Source: Candidatus Pelearchaeum maunauluense
GTDB taxonomy: Archaea > Thermoproteota > Nitrososphaeria_A > Caldarchaeales > Caldarchaeaceae
Assembly: GCA_030059675.1 (NCBI GenBank)
Contig: JANVYQ010000006.1
Coordinates: forward strand, 1-64,000
Reading direction: 5' to 3'
DNA length: 64,000 nt
The notes below the pieces were generated by a model. That model saw nothing but the letters and a program-made list of their open reading frames with translations. It was not told the DNA's origin and searched no databases. The translations under genes and the position numbers were made by a program. This document shows positions 50,336 to 60,144 of the stretch, in pieces (the stretch's first letter is position 1; each line of letters starts with the position of its first letter).

Positions 50336-51559
50336 ATGGGCAAAATAGTTGTAGTGAAGTTTGGTGGTTCTGTCCTCTCCGATGAGCGAAGCATAGAACG
50401 CGCAGCTAGGTGGTTGAAGGGTCTCCGTGATAAGGGCTTAAGCCCTGTTGTCGTCGTTTCGGCTCTACGCGGCGTAACTGATGAGCTACTTAAGACAGCA
50501 CAGCGCCTAAACCCCGAAGCCCCACCTGAGCTCATGGATGAAGTACTCGCCATGGGCGAGAGAACCAGCGCGAGGCTCTTCGCATTAGCCCTAACCAGAG
50601 AAGGCGTGGACGCCCTCGTGGTAGACCCAGACTCTACGCTATGGCCTGTTATAACCGACGAGAAACACCTAGACGCTACGCCTATACTGGACGAATGCAG
50701 GAGAAAAGCCTCCGAGGGTCTTCTGCCAGAGATTGCGGCAGGTAGGGTTCCAGTGGTCTGCGGCTACATAGGGGTATCCAAGACTGGGCGTATAACCACG
50801 CTGGGACGTGGGGGAAGCGACACTACAGCGGTTCTCCTAGCCAACTGTCTAGATGCCGAGGAGGTCGTCTTGGTGAAAGATGTGGGCGGGATACATTCGG
50901 CAGACCCGCGGAAGACACGAGAAGCCGAGGTGATAGAAACCATGAGCGCCTCTGAGGTTCTCCAGCTAACCACCGGTGGCGCCAAGGTGCTCCACGCAAA
51001 AGCGCTACGCTATATGAATGACAGTATGAGAATACGGGTAGGGACTCTTGAATCCCTTGAAGAAGGCGGGACGCTCATAACAGCTTCAGGTATGCCAAAA
51101 CTGGAGGTGGTGGCTACCCACGATAACGTGACGATGGTTACTATAATTGGTAAGGATATGGGAGAGCCTTCGAAATTGGCGAAAATGGTGGAAGCCCTCG
51201 TGGAGGCTGACGCGAACCTTTTGGCAGCGTCAATAGAGGAGAACTCGCTAATAATATACTTGGATGGTGATGGTGATGTGGTGGAGAAACTGCATGACCT
51301 TCTCGTATCCAGCAGGCTTGGGAAGGCGATAAGCCACTTCCCAAACCTCAGTATGATAAAAGTTTCAGGAACCATGCTGGAGACAAGCCCAGGCGTCATT
51401 CACAAGATAACACAACCCCTAGCAGCGCAGGCGATAAATGTCTATGGCCTTGTTACGATAAGCTCTTCTGTCCGCCTTTTCGTCTCGTCCAAAGAAGCCT
51501 CAAAGGCTATTAACTTGATACGTGACGGGTTGAGGGAGGTAGTGGATGAAGCAGCTTAA
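50336..51559 (+). CDS. lysC: Aspartate kinase with ACT domains
   Basis: Start ATG 50336; VVKFGGS, VVVVSA, TTLGRGGSDTTA, KDVGG..SADP, GAKVLH. Confidence 0.93.
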   Translation: MGKIVVVKFGGSVLSDERSIERAARWLKGLRDKGLSPVVVVSALRGVTDELLKTAQRLNPEAPPELMDEVLAMGERTSARLFALALTREGVDALVVDPDSTLWPVITDEKHLDATPILDECRRKASEGLLPEIAAGRVPVVCGYIGVSKTGRITTLGRGGSDTTAVLLANCLDAEEVVLVKDVGGIHSADPRKTREAEVIETMSASEVLQLTTGGAKVLHAKALRYMNDSMRIRVGTLESLEEGGTLITASGMPKLEVVATHDNVTMVTIIGKDMGEPSKLAKMVEALVEADANLLAASIEENSLIIYLDGDGDVVEKLHDLLVSSRLGKAISHFPNLSMIKVSGTMLETSPGVIHKITQPLAAQAINVYGLVTISSSVRLFVSSKEASKAINLIRDGLREVVDEAA

Positions 51560-52601
51560 GGTAGCTATACTGGGAGCAACTGGGCTGGTGGGCCAGCACT
51601 ACATAAAACTGCTAGCGCGGCACCCTTGGTTTAAGATAGCGACACTTACGGGCAAGGAGTCTGTAGGCAAGAAGTATGCGGAAGCTGTCAGAGGCGAGGC
51701 TCCAGACCCGCCTAAGGAGATAGCCGAGATGGAGGTAGTTCCCACAGAGCCAAAGTATGTTGATGCTGATTTTGTATTCTCCTGTCTCCCTACTGAGGCT
51801 GCTCGTGAGGCTGAGCCGAGTTTTGCGAAGGCAGGCTTCCCAGTGGTAAGTGACGCCTCGGCGCATAGGATGGATGATGATGTGCCGCTCATAATACCAG
51901 AGGTTAATCCAGGGCATCTGAAGCTGGTGGAAGCCCAGAGAAAAAGACGTGGCTGGGATGGCTTTATAGTAACAACGCCAAACTGCACTACCGTAGGGCT
52001 TGCGCTAACCCTATACCCGCTCCACAAGACGTATAACATCAGAAAAGCCGTTGTAACCACCATGCAGGCAGTATCTGGCGCAGGCTATCCGGGGGTTCCC
52101 TCGCTCTCAATAATGGGAAACGTCATACCATACATATCTGGCGAGGAAAAGAAGGTGGAGGTAGAAACCCTAAAGATACTCGGAAACCTTGAGAACAGTA
52201 TAGTAAAACCTGCCTCGCTGGAAATAGAAACTACATGCACACGCGTTCCTACGATAGATGGGCATCTTGAGTCTCTGCATATAGAGGCGGAGCGGCCAAT
52301 AAACGTGGATGAAGCCAAATCCGTCTTGGCCGAGTTTACTTCCGTGCCGCAGGAGCTTAACTTACCAACCGCTCCGCGTAGGCCGATAATCGTGAGGGAG
52401 GAGCAGGACAGGCCGCAGCCTAGGATAGATGCCGACGCAGGGACAGTGCCAGGGATGAGCGTTACGGTAGGCAGGGTAAGGCAGGGAAAGAGGCCGACAA
52501 CTCTTAACCTTCTGCTCCTGAGCCACAACTTAATACGAGGCGCCGCAGGCGTCGCTATACTCACGGCAGAACTAGCGCATCATTACGGGATGCTGAGGTG
52601 A
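51546..52601 (+). CDS. asd: Aspartate-semialdehyde dehydrogenase (archaeal/fungal type)
   Basis: GATGLVG, PEVN, PNCTT, QAVSGAG, RVPTIDGH, HNLIRGAAG. Confidence 0.95.
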   Translation: MKQLKVAILGATGLVGQHYIKLLARHPWFKIATLTGKESVGKKYAEAVRGEAPDPPKEIAEMEVVPTEPKYVDADFVFSCLPTEAAREAEPSFAKAGFPVVSDASAHRMDDDVPLIIPEVNPGHLKLVEAQRKRRGWDGFIVTTPNCTTVGLALTLYPLHKTYNIRKAVVTTMQAVSGAGYPGVPSLSIMGNVIPYISGEEKKVEVETLKILGNLENSIVKPASLEIETTCTRVPTIDGHLESLHIEAERPINVDEAKSVLAEFTSVPQELNLPTAPRRPIIVREEQDRPQPRIDADAGTVPGMSVTVGRVRQGKRPTTLNLLLLSHNLIRGAAGVAILTAELAHHYGMLR

Positions 52602-52610
52602 ACTAATGCT

Positions 52611-53393
52611 ATGGTCTTCGGAAAACAGGTTCGCCTAGCAAGAATAACCGAGAACGGCAGAATGCTCTGCATACCCATGGACCACGGCGTAAGTGAAGGT
52701 CCTATTGCCGGTCTTGAGAATATCCATGATATGATGTTTATGCTTGAGGATGCGGGTGTAACGGCTCTACTCGCGCATAAGGGGGTCTTTAGAACGCTTC
52801 CACGTCCCCTAAAGGTTGGAGCAATAATGCATATGTCGGCTAGCACGAAGCTCAGCAGTAAGCCCAACTGGAAAGTCCAGGTGGCGTCAATAGAGGAGGC
52901 AATAAGACTGGGCGTTGACGCTGTTTCGGTCCATGTAAATATAGGAGGCGAGGATGATGCTGATATGTTATCCACGCTGGGGAGAATCGCGGATGTTTGC
53001 GACGACTTACAGATACCTTTTATCGCTATGATGTATCCGCGTGGCCCTAATATCAAGGATGATCGCGATCCTTCTGCGATAGCGCATGTGGCTCGAGTGG
53101 GAGCGGAGCTGGGGGCAGACATCGTAAAGACACCCATGCCGTCGGCTGAGCCTGATGAGATTAGGAAAGTCGTCAGGAGCTGCCCTGTACCTGTGGTGGC
53201 TGCTGGCGGGCCAAAGATGGAGCGCGACGAGGATGTTCTAAGGCTAGCGTGGGCGGTTATCCAAGGCGGCGGCATGGGAATAACCTTCGGTAGAAACGTC
53301 TTCCAACACAGCAGGCCGCGGCAGATTGTAAAGGCGCTCCGCGAGGTTATCTTCAACGGCAAGAAGCCTGAGGAGGCTTTACAAGTGGTATGA
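52611..53393 (+). CDS. aroA': 2-amino-3,7-dideoxy-D-threo-hept-6-ulosonate (ADH) synthase, DhnA-type aldolase
   Basis: PMDHG, VSVHVNIG, MYPRG, ELGADIVKT, AGGPK, GRNVFQ; adjacent to DHQ synthase II. Confidence 0.88.
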   Translation: MVFGKQVRLARITENGRMLCIPMDHGVSEGPIAGLENIHDMMFMLEDAGVTALLAHKGVFRTLPRPLKVGAIMHMSASTKLSSKPNWKVQVASIEEAIRLGVDAVSVHVNIGGEDDADMLSTLGRIADVCDDLQIPFIAMMYPRGPNIKDDRDPSAIAHVARVGAELGADIVKTPMPSAEPDEIRKVVRSCPVPVVAAGGPKMERDEDVLRLAWAVIQGGGMGITFGRNVFQHSRPRQIVKALREVIFNGKKPEEALQVV

Positions 53394-54409
53394 AGCGGGT
53401 AATTATAGCGTTCAATAAATGGGATGAGCAGCTCGTACAGAAGGCAGCGAGGCTGGGGTTTAGGGAGTTTCTGGCCGAAAATCCAGAACAAGCACCGAGA
53501 GATGCTATAATCTATCTGGAGGAGTCTGGGAAGCGTCTCAAGCTAGCTGCAGATGGTAAGAGGGTGGAGGTTCCAGTTGTGCATGTAAAGACGCCCACCG
53601 ACCTTGAGCGTGTGGTTGAGCTGGGCAGGGCTGGGGCTGGAGAGGTGCATGTTAGGGCTGGAGACTGGAAGATAATTCCTCTGGAGAACCTTATCGCTAT
53701 GAAGCGTGGGCTTAAGATAGACGTGATAGCTGAGGCTGGCTCGCCCTCTGAGGCTGAGCTCATGTTTGGGATACTTGAACAGGGTGTTGATGGTGTAGTG
53801 GTGAGGGTAGCAAACGCGGGTGAGTTGGAGCTGATTAATGACGTGGCCAAAGCACCGACAAGCCTCAGACTTGACGAGGCGGTGGTGGAAGAGATAAAGG
53901 ATGTAGGGATGGGTGATAGGGTATGCGTGGATACTGTTGCTGTTCTTGAGTATGGTGAGGGGCTTCTAGTGGGAAGCATGGCGCGCATGTTCTTCCTAAT
54001 ACATAACGAGTCGGTAGGCTCTGCATTTACGTCGCCGAGGCCGTTTAGAGTAAATGCTGGCGCTGTCCATAGCTATGTCCTTATGCCAGATGGTAAGACG
54101 AAGTATCTCTCTGAGATAGGTGCGGGTGATAGGGTGTTGGTGGTCAGCAGTAAGGGGAAGACACGCATAGCTGCTGTAGGGAGGGCGAAGGTTGAGCGCA
54201 GGCCTATGCGGCTCGTAAGAGCGCGGATAGGAGAGAGCTGGGGAGCGGTAACAGTCCAGAACGCAGAGACCATAAGATTCGTAACACCAGACCATAAGCT
54301 CATATCTGTAACCGAGCTAAAGGAAGGAGATAGAATACTCTGCCACATGGCACCTGAGAAAGCGAGGCACTTTGGAATGGCTGTAGATGAGATGATTATA
54401 GAGCGTTGA
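53390..54409 (+). CDS. aroB': 3-dehydroquinate synthase II
   Basis: WKIIPLENLIA, GDRVCVDT, RPFRVNAGAVHSY, QNAETIR, RHFG. Confidence 0.95.
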   Translation: MKRVIIAFNKWDEQLVQKAARLGFREFLAENPEQAPRDAIIYLEESGKRLKLAADGKRVEVPVVHVKTPTDLERVVELGRAGAGEVHVRAGDWKIIPLENLIAMKRGLKIDVIAEAGSPSEAELMFGILEQGVDGVVVRVANAGELELINDVAKAPTSLRLDEAVVEEIKDVGMGDRVCVDTVAVLEYGEGLLVGSMARMFFLIHNESVGSAFTSPRPFRVNAGAVHSYVLMPDGKTKYLSEIGAGDRVLVVSSKGKTRIAAVGRAKVERRPMRLVRARIGESWGAVTVQNAETIRFVTPDHKLISVTELKEGDRILCHMAPEKARHFGMAVDEMIIER

Positions 54410-54412
54410 AGA

Positions 54413-55096
54413 ATGAAGACAAGACTCTGTGTATCAACCTACGGTAATGATGTCGGAGAGCTGTCGCATAGGATAGGCGAAGCCCTAGACGCTGGCGCCG
54501 AGCTGGTTGAGGCAAGGCTTGACTACCTAAAACTAATAGAGCCAGAGACGCTGGTAAGAGTTCTCAAACCATATGCTGACAAGCTCATAATAACTCTTAG
54601 ACCAAAAAACCAAGGAGGACTATACGTTGGAGACGAAGCCCATAGAGTATCAATGCTCACTAAGCTATGTAGAATATCGCCAGCTTATGTTGATGTGGAA
54701 CTTAATGCGGCAACTCCAACTCTCATAGATAGCATAAAGCGAGAAAATGTGAAAATAATAATCTCTTGGCACGACTATACTAGAACACCTGAGCAGGATT
54801 TTCTAAGGAACCTCTGTGAGAAGGCTCTCACTATGGGTGATGTCGCCAAAATAGTTACGCTCTCAAGTTGTGAAGAAGATAATCTACGTGTGGTTAAGCT
54901 ATACGCCTACTATCCGCCTGAGCGTTTAGTGGCTTTCTGCATGGGTGAATCTGGCAGAGTAACGCGCTTGCTGGCGGTGTGCGCTGGAGCGCCTATCATG
55001 TATGTGTCTCTTGGAGGGAGAGCCACGGCGGCGGGGCAGATTGAGCTGGAAGAGATGAGGAGGCTCAGAGGCTGGGCGCTGGTGAAGAAGGCATGA
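54413..55096 (+). CDS. aroD: Type I 3-dehydroquinate dehydratase
   Basis: EARLD, TLR..QGG, SWHDY..TP, AKIV, FCMG..G.VTR, TAAGQ. Confidence 0.92.
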   Translation: MKTRLCVSTYGNDVGELSHRIGEALDAGAELVEARLDYLKLIEPETLVRVLKPYADKLIITLRPKNQGGLYVGDEAHRVSMLTKLCRISPAYVDVELNAATPTLIDSIKRENVKIIISWHDYTRTPEQDFLRNLCEKALTMGDVAKIVTLSSCEEDNLRVVKLYAYYPPERLVAFCMGESGRVTRLLAVCAGAPIMYVSLGGRATAAGQIELEEMRRLRGWALVKKA

Positions 55097-55947
55097 AGAA
55101 TAGGGGAAAGATATACGGTGTTATTGGAGACCCTATAGAGCACTCAGTATCGCCAGCCATGTTTAACGCGGTCTTCAGAGAAGCTGGCCTATGGGATAGC
55201 ATATACACAGCCATACGCGTAGCGAGTAATGAACTCCAGCAGCTCGTCAGAGCAATTCGTCTCCTTCCTTTTGGAGGAATTAACGTAACAATACCCCATA
55301 AAGTCAGTATTATGCGTTATCTAGACCTGCTTGACGAGTCTGCAGAAGAAGTGGGGGCTGTTAATACCGTGCATGTGGCTGGTGAGGAGCTGGTTGGCTA
55401 TAATACGGATATGTTGGCCGTCATGAGAGTACTTAAGCAGTTTAAACGCGCTGGAGACGGGGCTGTTGTTCTTGGATGCGGAGGTGCCGCCAGAGCCGCC
55501 GCCATAGCGCTCAGAGAACTATCCATCAATAAACAGACCTTCGTTGGCAGAAGTAGGAAAAGAATGCGGGAGATGAAGAGATTCACCGCAAGTCGCGGGA
55601 TTGACGCAGAAATCATAAGCTTTCAAGATTCCAAACTAAACAGCGTCCTTGAAAAAAGTAGTGTTATAATAAATGCAACACCAGTAGGAATGTATCCAAA
55701 TGTTAAGAGCACACCTATATATTCCTCGTTAATACCGCGCGGTGCTGTCGTATTTGATATGGTCTATAATCCAGAGGAGACTATGCTACTCAGAGCTGCC
55801 AAGCGAAGGGGAGCGCGTATAATCGGTGGGTTGGAGATGCTGGTGACGCAAGCTGAGGAAGCTTACCGTATATGGTTTGGTAGCCGCGCGCCGCGTGATA
55901 TTATGATGAGGGCTGCACGGAACGAGTTGAGGAGGTTTAAGAAGTGA
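55093..55947 (+). CDS. aroE: Shikimate dehydrogenase
   Basis: GDPIEHSVSP, NVTIPHK, GAVNT, GYNTD, NATPVGM, DMVYNP. Confidence 0.95.
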   Translation: MKNRGKIYGVIGDPIEHSVSPAMFNAVFREAGLWDSIYTAIRVASNELQQLVRAIRLLPFGGINVTIPHKVSIMRYLDLLDESAEEVGAVNTVHVAGEELVGYNTDMLAVMRVLKQFKRAGDGAVVLGCGGAARAAAIALRELSINKQTFVGRSRKRMREMKRFTASRGIDAEIISFQDSKLNSVLEKSSVIINATPVGMYPNVKSTPIYSSLIPRGAVVFDMVYNPEETMLLRAAKRRGARIIGGLEMLVTQAEEAYRIWFGSRAPRDIMMRAARNELRRFKK

Positions 55948-56813
55948 AAGGCTACGCAAAAGCTTTTGGCGCTGTATCAATAGTTAATGCAATAGCAGCA
56001 GGCCGCGGGTCGGCTTTAGGAATAGACCTATACACCGAAGCTAGTGTGGAGATAACCAATAAAACTCAAGACATAATTTTAAAGTCTGAGAATAATATTG
56101 GAGATTCTTCTCTTACGCGTGAAGTTTTTAGAATTATCGCCGAGAGGATAGGCTTGGCGGATGTTGGAGCGCTGATAAGAACCTCCTCCAACATCCCTGT
56201 AGCTGTGGGGCTTAAGAGTTCCAGCTCCTCGGCAGTAGCTATTGCTTGCGCAGTTCTTGACGCTGCGAGAGCCAGGATGCAAGATGAGGAGCTCTTATCC
56301 CTGATAGCAGAGGCTTCCTTAAGGTCGGGGACATCAATTACAGGAGCTATGGATGACGCTGCTGCATGTATGCTTGGAGGGCTTGTAATAACCGATAACA
56401 TAGGTAGAAAGCTCTTAAAACGGGTTGAAATACACGACCGCCTCTATGCGGTTATACACATACCCGAGCAGCAAAGAATATTCACACGTGACTTTAGAAA
56501 AGAGTTGTTATACCCTGTGAAGAGGCTGGTTGAGGAGGCGTTTAGGCTTGCATTAGAGGATAGGTACTGGGATGCGATGACGCTAAACGGCCTGCTCCAC
56601 GCGGCGGCGCTCTCCATCCCAGTAGCACCAGCGTTAGCCGCGTTAAGAGCAGGCGCCTTGGGGGCTGGGCTATCTGGAACAGGCCCCGCAACAGCTGCGA
56701 TATGCACAACAGACAAACTAGATGCCGTTAGAGAAGCCATGGAAGAGTATGGTGGTATGGTAATAGTTGCTCAGGTGAGCAATAAACGTGCAATAATTGG
56801 TGGCGGGTTTTGA
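55944..56813 (+). CDS. aroK: Archaeal (GHMP-type) shikimate kinase
   Basis: SIVNAIA, IPVAVGLKSSS, ITGAMDD, GLSGTGP. Confidence 0.93.
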   Translation: MKGYAKAFGAVSIVNAIAAGRGSALGIDLYTEASVEITNKTQDIILKSENNIGDSSLTREVFRIIAERIGLADVGALIRTSSNIPVAVGLKSSSSSAVAIACAVLDAARARMQDEELLSLIAEASLRSGTSITGAMDDAAACMLGGLVITDNIGRKLLKRVEIHDRLYAVIHIPEQQRIFTRDFRKELLYPVKRLVEEAFRLALEDRYWDAMTLNGLLHAAALSIPVAPALAALRAGALGAGLSGTGPATAAICTTDKLDAVREAMEEYGGMVIVAQVSNKRAIIGGGF

Positions 56814-58096
56814 TAACTGAGATAAGAAGAACATGTATTGATGGCGAGATAACCGTACCACCTAGCAAAAGCTATACCCACAGAGCAGTAGCTTTGGCGC
56901 TGCTGGCAGAAGGCGAATCCTATATAGAACGGCCACTAATATCAACAGATACTGAAGCAACAATCCATGCAGCAAAACAGTTAGGAGCCAACATAAAGAT
57001 GAAAGATAACTTACTCGTTACTACTGGGCGTAAACGCCTAAGATGCCCCGAAGACGTTATAAACGCAGAGAACTCTGGAACAACGCTACGTTTCTTCACC
57101 GCCATAGCTGCCTTGGCTGAAGCAGGTTATACTATCATAACAGGCGACGAAAGCCTCAGACGACGGCCTATGGATGCTCTTTTGGGCGCTCTTACAAAGC
57201 TGGGAGTTAGCTGCTGGTCATCTAAGGGTGATGGAACTGCACCGATAATAGTTAGGGGAGGTGGTATAAGAGGTGGTGAGACCAGCATAATAGGCTGGCA
57301 GTCATCACAGTTCATCTCCGCAATACTCATAGCGGGACAGAGAGCAGATGGTATGATAACACTACGTGTGGGAGGTGAGCCAGTCTCCAAACCCTACATA
57401 GACGCAACAATCGCGATGATAGAGCGGTTTGAAGGATGTGTGGAGAGAAGCGGCTATACGCTCTACACTGTAGGGCATCAGAGAGAGCTTAAAGCAACTG
57501 AGTTTAGAGTCCCAGGAGACTTCAGCTCTGCTTCATTTCACGTAGCCGCGGCATACCTGTCTGACGGTAGCGTTATGCTAAAGGGTCTGGATAAGAATCT
57601 ACCCCAAGCTGACGCAGCTATTCTTGACATAGCGTCAAAGATGGGCGCTGATGTGAATTGGTTATCTGGTAAAGTAGTGGTTAAGGGAAGGGGTACTCGT
57701 AAGCCAATCGAGATAAAGCTACGCGACTCCCCTGACCTATTGCCAGTGGTCGCTGTAATGGCTGCAGCCACACCTGGAACCAGCACCTTAAGAGACGTTG
57801 CACACGCACGCCTCAAGGAGAGCGACAGAATACAGATGATAGCCAAAGAACTGACAAAGCTGGGCGTTAAAACTAAGATTCTCGAAGACGGCTTGGAAAT
57901 AACTGGGCTGGAACAACCCGAAGGAGGTGTAACGATAGACTCCCACAACGACCATAGGCTTTTCATGGCCTTTACCGTGCTTGGCCTAGCATGCAAGAGA
58001 GGACTACGAATAACTGGAGCAGAATCAGCTGGTGTCTCTTATCCAGGATTTATAAACGACCTAACTAAACTCGGCGCCGAAATCCGAACAATTTAG
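56810..58096 (+). CDS. aroA: 3-phosphoshikimate 1-carboxyvinyltransferase (EPSP synthase)
   Basis: PPSKSYTHRA, NSGTTLRF, RRPM, SSQFIS, KESDRI, DHR, SYPGF. Confidence 0.95.
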   Translation: MITEIRRTCIDGEITVPPSKSYTHRAVALALLAEGESYIERPLISTDTEATIHAAKQLGANIKMKDNLLVTTGRKRLRCPEDVINAENSGTTLRFFTAIAALAEAGYTIITGDESLRRRPMDALLGALTKLGVSCWSSKGDGTAPIIVRGGGIRGGETSIIGWQSSQFISAILIAGQRADGMITLRVGGEPVSKPYIDATIAMIERFEGCVERSGYTLYTVGHQRELKATEFRVPGDFSSASFHVAAAYLSDGSVMLKGLDKNLPQADAAILDIASKMGADVNWLSGKVVVKGRGTRKPIEIKLRDSPDLLPVVAVMAAATPGTSTLRDVAHARLKESDRIQMIAKELTKLGVKTKILEDGLEITGLEQPEGGVTIDSHNDHRLFMAFTVLGLACKRGLRITGAESAGVSYPGFINDLTKLGAEIRTI

Positions 58097-58138
58097 GCTC
58101 AACTCTTATCCGTCCGCAAGCAACATGCTTAAAACAGC

Positions 58139-58387
58139 ATGGTGAAGCAGGCAGTAGTAGCAGATTATGACGATGCTGTAACAATAGCTAAACAATATGT
58201 TAAGGCAAGCTATAGGCGGGCATCAGATATACAGGTCAAACGTGCGTGGATGGAGCCTCATTGGGAGGAGGGGCTGTGGATAGTTGAGCTCTCGTTCAAA
58301 CATAGGCCTAAGCTGTTGTCAAGAGCTAAGCGCATTAAGCTGCGGCTGAGGATAGACCCTATATCAGGGGAGGTTAAGGGAGATTAA
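58139..58387 (+). CDS. Small hypothetical protein (PepSY-like pattern possible)
   Basis: 82-aa ORF; DAVTIAKQY...WIVEL...IDPISGEV. Confidence 0.55.
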   Translation: MVKQAVVADYDDAVTIAKQYVKASYRRASDIQVKRAWMEPHWEEGLWIVELSFKHRPKLLSRAKRIKLRLRIDPISGEVKGD

Positions 58388-58574
58388 GGATTTTAAAAGG
58401 AAGGTCGTAGGTTGCAAGTGGCTTATCTTGCTTCTTATCTTCTTATGTTAATTCCGCTAGGTTTGCGGGAGTTGCGGCTCCCTCTGCTTGCGGTTGGGCG
58501 CGCGGGTCTCCTATCTCCATAATTTGGATTTAAATACTCCCTGAAACATTCTGCCAGCGTTTGAGGTTGAAAGT

Positions 58575-58892
58575 GTGATGAGAGCGCGATACCTCCTCCC
58601 TCTTGGTCTGTTGATACTTGCGGCGTTTGCGCTTGTTCCAGCGAATGCGCAGGAGCAGCCTCAGCAGGCTGCCTTGACGGATTTCGGCTCTAAGGTTATG
58701 GCTGCTGCTATAGCCTTCTTCGGGGCAGCCATCGGAGCTGGCGTTGCTATAGGCCGCGCTGGTGCTGCCGCGATAGCAGCGGCTGTGGAGAGAGCGGAGG
58801 TCAGAACCTTTGCAATCGTCATAGTAGCTTTCGCAGAGGCTATCGCAATCTACGGCATAGTCATCGTGTTCTTCATACTGGGCGCTGGCTAG
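58575..58892 (+). CDS. atpK: A/V-type ATP synthase proteolipid subunit c/K, standalone
   Basis: Signal-like N-terminus, Gly/Ala-rich hairpin, conserved FAEAIAIYG carboxylate. Confidence 0.9.
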   Translation: MMRARYLLPLGLLILAAFALVPANAQEQPQQAALTDFGSKVMAAAIAFFGAAIGAGVAIGRAGAAAIAAAVERAEVRTFAIVIVAFAEAIAIYGIVIVFFILGAG

Positions 58893-58923
58893 CAAAATTC
58901 CAACAGATATTTTTCATAAATTA

Positions 58924-59802
58924 TTATCTTATGAAGTAGCTTGCACCATACGAGAGGTAAAAGAAAGAGAAGGCCGCGGCTAACGCGCTTTGCCATCTAA
59001 GTTTCTTAGCATAAGCTATGGCGGCGGTAAGCAGCAAGACTGTAATAGTCTGGCTTATCACTAACAATACATCACGAATTATGAAGCTATACTCACCTGT
59101 CAATAAACCCAGCTTAAACACGCGGTCTAATATCGTAACGCCTGGGAGTAGGCCCATGGGGAGGAACGCCGCCGTCATACATGCTAAGAAGCGGCCATGC
59201 TCGGCCAACACTGGGAGAATATTCTGAGATTTAAAATATGTGCTTAGTTTTGAAGAATGAGCTTTCCCACCCAGAAGCCAGCTAACAAACGATAAATAAG
59301 CATGTGCAGCTATTAAGGTAAACAGGAGCTTCAAACCGAAGAGCTGGAGAGAAAAAATGTCAGGTCTTACTGCATGAAGTAAAACAAGGTCGTACCGCGC
59401 ATTAACTAGAAGAAGTGTTATGAGAGCTATTGATGTTCCTCCCACTATGGCTGAAGCGCCTGTGTTCTCGTATATTGGTGAGAATAACCATACAGGGAAA
59501 AAGATGTTACTGAGGGTTGTGATTATCTTGTTTGGTGGCTTAATTGTAGCGGTATCGGGAGACTGTTGGGTAACTACCCTATAGATTCTCTCACCCTGTT
59601 CTGTCAGCATGTAGTTTCTTCTTTGGTCCTGTGTTATCAGCGGCGCGAGTTGGCGTAGGTTATAGTATAGAGAGCCCGTACTTATTCCCAGCTTCTCCTT
59701 GAGGGATGTGGCACTTATCCGTCCAGCCTCACCCACCGCGAGTAGTATGCGGCGTCTTACCTTATGTCTTACCAGCCAAAGTAGTTCTTCAGCGGACATC
59801 AA
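58924..59802 (-). CDS. Membrane protein with N-terminal winged-helix (ArsR-like) domain
   Basis: HKVRRRILL..., LGISTGSLYYNL, YMLTEQG, followed by several TM segments. Confidence 0.75.
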   Translation of the reverse strand: MMSAEELLWLVRHKVRRRILLAVGEAGRISATSLKEKLGISTGSLYYNLRQLAPLITQDQRRNYMLTEQGERIYRVVTQQSPDTATIKPPNKIITTLSNIFFPVWLFSPIYENTGASAIVGGTSIALITLLLVNARYDLVLLHAVRPDIFSLQLFGLKLLFTLIAAHAYLSFVSWLLGGKAHSSKLSTYFKSQNILPVLAEHGRFLACMTAAFLPMGLLPGVTILDRVFKLGLLTGEYSFIIRDVLLVISQTITVLLLTAAIAYAKKLRWQSALAAAFSFFYLSYGASYFIR

Positions 59803-60144
59803 GCAACACCCCTATCGTCTTGATAATAGGCATCCAACCTACGCGCATCCCCTCCACTCTGCGTGGGTGGTTGGCTGCCCTAGCCATGTCGCTCTCCTCT
59901 TATTATTAAATTCTCCCTCCGCTGCAAACCCGTATAGAGCTACGTAATATCCGCTAGAAATACATCCAGCTCAACCAACGCCGCGTAGTGTTTCAGAGGA
60001 AATAGAAAATCCACTTCCACTAGATTAGAGTCCCTTGCATGTTTGTTCAACAAGTTAGAACGGCCAGTCCCATAATCCTGCTCTTGAGACGCTGGGGCGG
60101 GATGACCACTTATATACTGATGGCTGAATAAGGCATTTAGAGGC

